DNA of 64,000 nt from positions 25,978,001-26,042,000 of the forward strand of contig OZ024752.1 in the NCBI GenBank assembly GCA_964016885.1, written 5' to 3'. The position numbers and the translations under genes were made by a program. This document shows, piece by piece, positions 57,009-64,000 of the stretch. The notes beneath the pieces were generated by a model. The model was not told the origin of the DNA. It did not search any database and saw nothing but the letters and a program-made list of their open reading frames with translations. The stretch is from Eledone cirrhosa (Eukaryota). Numbering within the stretch: the stretch's first letter is position 1; each line of letters begins with the position of its first letter.

Positions 57009-60000
57009 CTACAGGCGCATGATCAGAGTAGGCCCACTCACGCGGGCCATTCTCGCCACATTCACCCACCTTTCAGTAAATGTACTGGGGGGCAGCACTT
57101 CTCTCTGCACCCTCACCTTCCTTTCCAAGTGAAACTTGAAGAAGTTGATGAGGGATTGGCCGAAGAGAAAAGTGTCTGTCTTCAGTCCTTTCAACCTGGT
57201 CCACCATGCAACCTCTTTCGCTACTGCCACCAGGCAGAGGAAAATTGCCTGCCCTTCCTGACCAAAAGAAGGCGGCGGGTCAATCTTCACTATGGACTCG
57301 GACGATAGCCGGATCCGTTCTACACGCGACAATAGCTGTTCGACATAACCCCACAAGTCAGCAATGCACGGACACTGGACGAGTGCGTGCAGAACGGTTT
57401 CGTCGCTCTGCGCGCATCTCGGGCAGGTTCGTCTGACAGCACTTCCGTGCCTGTAGAGTTTATCCCGAACCGGCAGCGCCCCCCGGTAGCACTGCCAAGC
57501 GAGGGATTTCTGGAAGTTATCCATCGTCCCCGGCTCGAAAGTCCTCCGGAACATACTGGTCAGTTCTACTTCGTTGACGCCCAGAGCCTCTCCTAGTACG
57601 TCATCGCACTTGCCCTCCACTAATCCTCTATAGAAATCTTGAGTGGAAGTTCCACTGACCGCATTGCCCACCTTGCAGAGTGCAGTGAGCGCCTGGCAAC
57701 ATTCCAGATGCCAGTCGCCCAGTCTCGGTCTCTTCTTGACCCAGGACTGCAGCTCAGTCAAAGAGATGAGCTGCGGAAAGGCCCGTCTAACAAACGGCGA
57801 CCACACCTGTTCACCGTTTAGGCAAAATATCTGGAGATGTCGCAGCCTCAGCGCATGTCTGCGCATCATTAGCCACGGCATGCCCAGCCCTCCACGAAGA
57901 GGGTGCTGGCAGCAGATGGACCGCCTCACCAACGGGACCCGTCCCCTCCACAAAAATTTGAAAAGGAGCCGTTCCAAATTGGCGAGGCGTGGACGGGGGC
58001 AAGGCACGACGGTCAGGCGGTAGTAGATGACGGACGCGATGTACGCGTTCGCCACCTCCGCCCGCCCTTTCAGTGATAGCTTTCTCTCAGCCCATTTCTG
58101 GGTGAGGTTGGCTATCCTGCTCGTCACCTCGTCCCAATTCTTATCCACCTGGAGGTCTGGTCCGAACCAAACCCCGAGCAACTTTACCGGTCCGTCTGTC
58201 CAGCGCCCAACGACGCTGTTGGACGGCATGGACTTGCCTCTCCAGGTGCCGAGCTGCAAGCCCACCGACTTTTCCGGGTTAAGTTTTGCTCCCGTCAACC
58301 TTTCATATTCCTCCAAATGGGTGCGGATCACCTCGATTTCCGAGGTGTCCGACACCATCACGGTGATGTCGTCCGCATAAGCGGACGCAGCCTTTCTGCG
58401 TCCCGGTTCGAGCGGGATGCCCTGCAACAACTCCAGCTTCCGCAGTAGAGGCTCAAGAGTCAATACGTACAGAAGTGAGGAGAGAGGGCACCCTTGACGG
58501 ACCGATCGAGAGATCTGAAACGGTTCCGAGAGGTGGCCATTAACTTTGACCACCGAGCGGATGCCGCTGTACATTGCAGCGATCCAGCTTCTGAAGACGG
58601 GGCCGAAGCCAGCCGCCTCGAGGACAGCCTCCAAGTACCGATGGTCGACCCTATCGAATGCTTTCGATTGATCTAAATTGATCAGAGCCCCACCGAAGCC
58701 AGGTTTGCACCCAACCCTCTCTATGATGTATCGCATGAGGTGGAGGTTGTCGTGTATGGACCTGGTCGGGATTGCGCAAGTTTGCGCCTCCCCAACCAAA
58801 TCTTTGACGACAAGCGCCAACCTTTTCGCTAACACCTTGGCCAAAATCTTAAACTCTGTGTTGAGCAGCGTTATGGGCCTGAAATTATCTAGTGTGTCCC
58901 TCTTGTTCTCGTCTTTCCTTATCAGCGTCACTACGCCACGGCTCACAGAACTGGGAATGCCTCCGTTCTGCTGCCAGTTGCAGTAGAGCGCTTCGAGGAG
59001 ATCGGAGAACAAGTCTGGCATATTTACGTAAAGCTCGTAGGGCAGACCATCCAAACCGGGTGACTTGCGACTCGAGCAGCCGACAAGGGCGTCCTGAATT
59101 TCGGCTGATGTTATCGGCTCTTCGCAGCGCTCAGCGTCGGCCGTCGAGAGGCGTGGCAAGCCGTCGAGGTAGGGACTGAAGTCCGCCGCCGTCTCCGACT
59201 CACCCATCCTCCCGAACAATCGAGCAAAGTGCTGGCGAAAGGCCTCACACATCTGCTTGGAATCGCTCAGTTCGTGTCCATCTCGATCCGTCAAAGACCG
59301 AATTGTGGTTTTATTTCCACGCTGCGTCTCTGCAAAGCGAGCCCATCGGGCAGCTTTGCTTCCCTCGTTCCTCAGAGCACGCGCCTTAGCTCTGACAATG
59401 CAACCTTCGTGTTTCGCATTGAAGAAATGGTCTAGTGCCATTCTCGCCGCTAGCACGTCTGTTGCAATGCCACTACAAATAGCCTCGTCTAACTTAGCTA
59501 TCAGCCCCTCCTCCTTTCTATTTTTCTCTATTGCTACTTCTTTGCTAAATCCTATCGAGGTTGCTCTAATCTCTCTTTTGGGTGCCCCCCACCACCTGTT
59601 GTTGACAACCCCCCCTGTCAACTTTTGCTTAACTAAGTTGTTGACCCGGTCCCTGTAAGCTTTACGTGCCGGAAACGACATGTTTAGCTTCCAGTAGCTA
59701 GGTCCTAACCTACGTGTCTTATCTAGGTCGACCATACAGATCACAAGCTTGTGATCTGAATAGGCAACCGTTTTAAAATGTGGACATCCTACACTATTTC
59801 TATCTCTTTTCCTAATGAAAATCCTATCTATGTACGATCTAGATGACCCTATGCGATTGGTCCAGGTCCATACTGGCGCATTAGGGAAATCTAGTCGGTA
59901 CCTGTCAGACAGTTGAAACTGGCTGATCAGGTACTTGAGGCTTTTGCACCCCCCGCTCCTATCAGATACTCCCACACAATCCCAGCGTGCTTCTAAGATG

Positions 60001-60428
60001 CCATTCCAATCCCCTATTAACAGTAAAGGGCGAGACGTAAGCAGAAAGTTTTCCAGGCGCCTAAAGAAGTCCGGCCGACCGGCCCCAGTAGGGGCGTAGA
60101 CGGCCACCAGTCTAAAGGCACCACCTTCGCTATTGCTCACGTCCAGGACCACCAACTTTCCGTCAGGATCCCGGAAGATTGACCTTACCTCGAGATCCAG
60201 ACATTTCCTAAACAGCACAGCCACTCCACCTCCCATTCCCGGCCGACTAACAGATGCAAAGATCTGATAATCGTCGAAAATCGGCGCCAGTGCGCGTGTG
60301 TCGGAAATTCTGGTCTCGCTGATGGCAATTACATCCATTCCTAGTGACCTGAGGTCGTTGAGCAAGTGACCTTGCTTCCAGGGCGACCCCAGGCCACGAA
60401 CATTTAAACTTCCTACTCTTATGGCCAT
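57009..60428 (-). CDS. LINE ORF2: APE endonuclease, reverse transcriptase and C-terminal zinc-binding motif (1139 aa)
   Basis: SLNVRGL, SETR, YAP, GDWN, IDRI, SDH; SPGLDGLP, RPITLLN, LDQSKAFDRV, QGCPLS, YADD; CPRC..ETVLH..VQC. Uninterrupted. Confidence 0.95.
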   Translation of the reverse strand: MAIRVGSLNVRGLGSPWKQGHLLNDLRSLGMDVIAISETRISDTRALAPIFDDYQIFASVSRPGMGGGVAVLFRKCLDLEVRSIFRDPDGKLVVLDVSNSEGGAFRLVAVYAPTGAGRPDFFRRLENFLLTSRPLLLIGDWNGILEARWDCVGVSDRSGGCKSLKYLISQFQLSDRYRLDFPNAPVWTWTNRIGSSRSYIDRIFIRKRDRNSVGCPHFKTVAYSDHKLVICMVDLDKTRRLGPSYWKLNMSFPARKAYRDRVNNLVKQKLTGGVVNNRWWGAPKREIRATSIGFSKEVAIEKNRKEEGLIAKLDEAICSGIATDVLAARMALDHFFNAKHEGCIVRAKARALRNEGSKAARWARFAETQRGNKTTIRSLTDRDGHELSDSKQMCEAFRQHFARLFGRMGESETAADFSPYLDGLPRLSTADAERCEEPITSAEIQDALVGCSSRKSPGLDGLPYELYVNMPDLFSDLLEALYCNWQQNGGIPSSVSRGVVTLIRKDENKRDTLDNFRPITLLNTEFKILAKVLAKRLALVVKDLVGEAQTCAIPTRSIHDNLHLMRYIIERVGCKPGFGGALINLDQSKAFDRVDHRYLEAVLEAAGFGPVFRSWIAAMYSGIRSVVKVNGHLSEPFQISRSVRQGCPLSSLLYVLTLEPLLRKLELLQGIPLEPGRRKAASAYADDITVMVSDTSEIEVIRTHLEEYERLTGAKLNPEKSVGLQLGTWRGKSMPSNSVVGRWTDGPVKLLGVWFGPDLQVDKNWDEVTSRIANLTQKWAERKLSLKGRAEVANAYIASVIYYRLTVVPCPRPRLANLERLLFKFLWRGRVPLVRRSICCQHPLRGGLGMPWLMMRRHALRLRHLQIFCLNGEQVWSPFVRRAFPQLISLTELQSWVKKRPRLGDWHLECCQALTALCKVGNAVSGTSTQDFYRGLVEGKCDDVLGEALGVNEVELTSMFRRTFEPGTMDNFQKSLAWQCYRGALPVRDKLYRHGSAVRRTCPRCAQSDETVLHALVQCPCIADLWGYVEQLLSRVERIRLSSESIVKIDPPPSFGQEGQAIFLCLVAVAKEVAWWTRLKGLKTDTFLFGQSLINFFKFHLERKVRVQREVLPPSTFTERWVNVARMARVSGPTLIMRL

Positions 60429-60882
60429 GCTGGCAGGATGAATGGGAGAGGAAAGGTTTACTTACCTTCCGGGGTCTTGTGAAGGTCGGGTGGTTCGACC
60501 TCCATGGTTTGTGGGGTTTCTTTTGGGAACCCCTTTAATAGTCTTGACGTGGGTTTTACGTTTGGGGTTCCCACATCCCGAGGAAAGCTCTTTCGAATTT
60601 CTTTGTATGAAGCGAGCGACATTCGCATCAGAAGCAAATTATCTGGTACGCGAAATGTGCTCGCTTCAAATGTTTCCCCGTCTTTTTCGATGTTTGTGCT
60701 TCGTGCTACATGGGCCATCAATTCCTTGTTGGCCCTTCTGGCAAGCACGAAGTTTTTAATGTTTTGTTGCTCGGGTTTTATTTGTTCGTGTGATTGTGGT
60801 GGTGATAGCTTTGTTAGTGTTGTTTCTATTGTGTCTGCGTTTGTTGTGGGTGGGGTGTCTGTAGTTTCTGATGTTTGTGTGT

Positions 60883-62367
60883 CTATTTGTTCTTGTGTCT
60901 GTTTAGCTTGTTTGCGTTTGGGGGATTTTGGTGGTTGTGTTGGTGATGCTGTGGGGAAAATGTTTGTGTGGGTGGTGTGTGTATTTTTTTTGTGGGGGTG
61001 TTTGTGCTTTGTGGATTTCTTTTTTTTTTGTGTTTTGTTTTTTGTATTTTGGGGGACTTTGGTTTTCCCTCATCTTCACTGCTGGAGGATGAGGGGTCTG
61101 TGGCTGTGAGCGTGTTTGTGTCTGAGTGAGTGTTTATGTTCTTGTTCGTGTGTGTATTTTGGGGGGGAGGGGGAATGGGAGAGCTTTCCTCGTTTCCCCC
61201 CTGGGTGTGCAATTTTGGTGGTTCCATTGTTAACGGTGTTGCTGGTGGTCCTTGTCCCGGCGTCGCCAGCAGTGGAATCTTTCGACCCCTTGCGCTTTTC
61301 GGCAGTTGAGGGCAGAAGGCTCGCAAGTGTGTCGTTTCCCCACAAAGGAAACAATGCGGCCTTTTGCCCTCAGTCATTATATGCAACACCCTCCCGTTTT
61401 GGAGGCGGATGTGGTCCGGGATTGTTTTTACGTTTTCGGGTCTGATTTGGAGCAGTATCTCCAGATCAACCCCGGACCAGTCGTCCCTGGCAGTTCTCGT
61501 TGCCTCTACCGGGACTGTATCCGTTCCTTCCACGATTACGCAACCCAGGAGCCACCACATATCAAGTCCTGGTGGAATCCTGGGAATGCGCACACGTGCT
61601 ATTCGTTTTCCCATGTGGGAGGGGTACATTATGACCTTGCTGGTTTTGCAAGGGGTCATTGAATGCTTCACAGCGAGGGCTTCAGACTTGAACAGCACCG
61701 AAACGGTGCCGTATTGCCTGCCCCTCTCTATGAAGTCTGTGTCCTCTCTGATGTATTTCAGTGCGGCTTCTATGTCAGCTTGGGCGATTATCGCTGCCTT
61801 CTTTGTCTCTACTGAGATGCATCTGAAATGCACCGTTCTTTTTTCCACTGCCTCAATGGCTTCTGCCGGGACAGTTAAGTTTGCCCAGGTCTGCTCTTGA
61901 TTTATGATTTTCCAGGCCTGGGCCAACTTTTCCTCTCTGTTGGTTAAGTCGATGCTGTAGCATGGTCTCCTTTTAGCCGCTGCCACAGCAGCGAAAGTGT
62001 TCTTGTTGGTGTTGTCACTGTTGTTGTTCTTGTTGGTGTTGCTGCTGCTATTGCTGTTGTTGTTCTCCCCTGTGTCGTGGTTACCTTCTGTGCTGTTGGC
62101 CTTGTTGGTGCTGCTGCTGTCGCTACTATTACTCTCTGTGCTGTTCGTTTTGTTGGTGCTCTCGCTATTACCACCTTCTGCGCTGTTCGGCTTGTTGGTG
62201 TTGGTGTTGTCGCTGTTACCACCTTCCGCGCCGCTCGGCCCGTTGGTGCTGGCACTGTCGCTGCTCACATTCGTGCTGGTGGCGCTCCTCGCCTCACCTC
62301 TCCTCTCAACGCTCAAGTCGCCGTTGCACGACAGCAGACCCGCCTCTAGGGGGCGTGGCTCCGCCAT
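60883..62367 (-). CDS. LINE ORF1 (gag-like, CCHC zinc knuckle); probably extends to 60458 through a frameshift
   Basis: CFLCGETTHLRAFC knuckle; S/N-rich N-terminus; lies upstream of ORF2. Confidence 0.85.
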   Translation of the reverse strand: MAEPRPLEAGLLSCNGDLSVERRGEARSATSTNVSSDSASTNGPSGAEGGNSDNTNTNKPNSAEGGNSESTNKTNSTESNSSDSSSTNKANSTEGNHDTGENNNSNSSSNTNKNNNSDNTNKNTFAAVAAAKRRPCYSIDLTNREEKLAQAWKIINQEQTWANLTVPAEAIEAVEKRTVHFRCISVETKKAAIIAQADIEAALKYIREDTDFIERGRQYGTVSVLFKSEALAVKHSMTPCKTSKVIMYPSHMGKRIARVRIPRIPPGLDMWWLLGCVIVEGTDTVPVEATRTARDDWSGVDLEILLQIRPENVKTIPDHIRLQNGRVLHIMTEGKRPHCFLCGETTHLRAFCPQLPKSARGRKIPLLATPGQGPPATPLTMEPPKLHTQGGNEESSPIPPPPQNTHTNKNINTHSDTNTLTATDPSSSSSEDEGKPKSPKIQKTKHKKKRNPQSTNTPTKKIHTPPTQTFSPQHHQHNHQNPPNANKLNRHKNK

Positions 62368-62604
62368 GTTTTTTTGAGAAAAAAATTATTATTTTTTTTC
62401 AAAATAAAGTTCAAATATTTGGGCCAAAAGGCCCAAATATTATGAGTTATTCCTTCACAGGATACAAATTAATGTCTTATAATGCTTCAGCGGTACAAAA
62501 AATAAACAATTCTCTACAATTAATCCTCAAAAATTGCTTACTCACGGAGCTTCAAAAAACGTACATCCACTTTCGTCAATAATAATAATAATAATAATAA
62601 TAAT

Positions 62605-64000
62605 GATTTCATTTATTGGCCACAAGGGCCGACATATAGGAGACAATACAAAAGACTGGGACAGTGGGGTTTTACAGAAAAATCGAGTAAACAATATGAA
62701 TAAACATAGTAAAAATAACAAAGTAACAATAAAGTAACAAGAAAATTACAAGAAAACATTCCTCAATAGGGGGGATGACCACCTAGGGTTCGCTCAGGTA
62801 CCCCACCAGTCCTGAACGACCCGACGCTTCGAGAGAACCCTGGAGGGCACCCTTCTCCTCTTCAAATTTACCTACCTACAGCCGCATGACCAGAGTAGGC
62901 CCACTCACACGGGCCATTCTCGCCACATTCACCCACCTTTCAGCAAATGTACTGGGGGGCAGCACTTCTCTCTCCACCCTCACCTTCCTTTCCAAGTGAA
63001 ACTTGAAAATGTTGATGAGGGATAGGCCAAAGAGAAAAGTGTCTGTCTTCAGTCCTTTCAACCTCGTCCACCATACAACCTCTTTCGCTACTGCCACCAG
63101 ACAGAGGAAAATTGCCTGCCCTTCCTGGCCAAAAGAAGGCGGCGGTTCAATCTTCACTATGGACTCGGCCGATAGCCGGATCCGTTCTACACGCGACAAC
63201 AGCTGTTCAACATAACTCCACAAGTCAGTAATGCACGGACACTGGACGAGTACGTGCAGAACGGTTTCGTCGCTCTGCGCGCATCTCGAGCAGGTCCGTC
63301 TGACAGCACTTCCGTGCCTGTAGAGTTTATCTCGAACCGGTAGTGCCCCCCGGTAGCACTGCCAAGCGAGGGATTTTTGGAAATTATCCATCGTCCTCGG
63401 CTCGAAAGTCCTCCGGTACAGACTGGTTAGTTCGATTTCGTTGACTCCCAGAGCCTCTCCGAGTGCGTCGTCGCACTTTCCCACCACTAATCCTCTATAG
63501 AACTCGAGAGTGGAAGTTCCACTGACCGCATTGCCCTCCTGGTAGAGGGCAGTGAGTGCCTGGTAACATTCCAGATGCCAGTCACCCAGTCTCGGTCTCT
63601 TCTTGACCCAGGACTGCAACTCAGTCAAAGAAACGAGCTGCGGAAAGGCCCGTCTGACAAACGGCGACCACACCTGTTCACCGTTTAGGCAGAATATCTG
63701 GAGATGTCGCAGCCTCAGCGCGTGCCTGCGCATCATTAGCCACGGCATGCACAGCCCTCCACGTAGAGAGTGCTGGCAGCAGATGGACCGCCTCACCAGC
63801 GGAACCTGACCCCTCCACAAGAATTTGAAGAGGAGCCGCTTTAAGATGTCGAGGCGCGAACGGGGGCAAAGGACGACAGTCAGACGGTAGTAGATGACGG
63901 ACGCGATGTACGCGTTCGCCACCTCCGCCCGACCTTTCAGTGATAGCTTCATCCCAGCCCATTTCTGGGTGAGACTGACTACCCTGCTTGTCACCTCGTC
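62605..64000 (-). mobile_element. 3' part of a second copy of the same L1/Tx1-type family (runs off the window)
   Basis: ORF 62876-63994 closely matches the ORF2 C-terminus; same 3' terminus gatttcatttattggccacaagggccgac. Confidence 0.93.

Larger units (their letters stand above)
56756..62577 (-). mobile_element. Full-length L1/Tx1-type LINE
   Basis: 5' UTR 62368-62577, ORF1, ORF2, ~250-nt 3' UTR, (ATT)n tail on the sense strand. Confidence 0.93.

Noticed and set aside
57206-62377. Plus-strand ORFs overlapping the LINE
   Set aside because: Antisense shadows of GC-rich LINE coding sequence with no independent motifs.

Overview
Eukaryotic, AT-rich, microsatellite-dense window. The SINE families and the (TA)n/(CA)n density suggest a cephalopod (octopus-like) genome; this is inference. 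No host gene could be supported. It contains: a ~9.7-kb ACC-based 45-bp minisatellite; 26-, 37- and 41-bp minisatellites; two tRNA-derived SINE families; RTE and CRE-clade LINE fragments; a full-length L1/Tx1-type LINE with an intact ORF2, next to a second head-to-tail copy; and two Penelope-like elements (PLEs), one near full length and one Naiad-like with a GIY-YIG remnant. The main signal is about 10 unalignable families of small elements inserted in (TA)n. They share one design: a type I hammerhead ribozyme near the 3' end, a head-to-head fold-back inversion that often turns inside hammerhead stem II, and a 60-105 nt tail on one arm only. In most families that tail carries a covarying hairpin with a 2-nt UN bulge (RCUC-stem-loop-stem-UN-GAGY), and the short arm stops just before it. 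All pairings were read by eye; no searches or folding programs were run.
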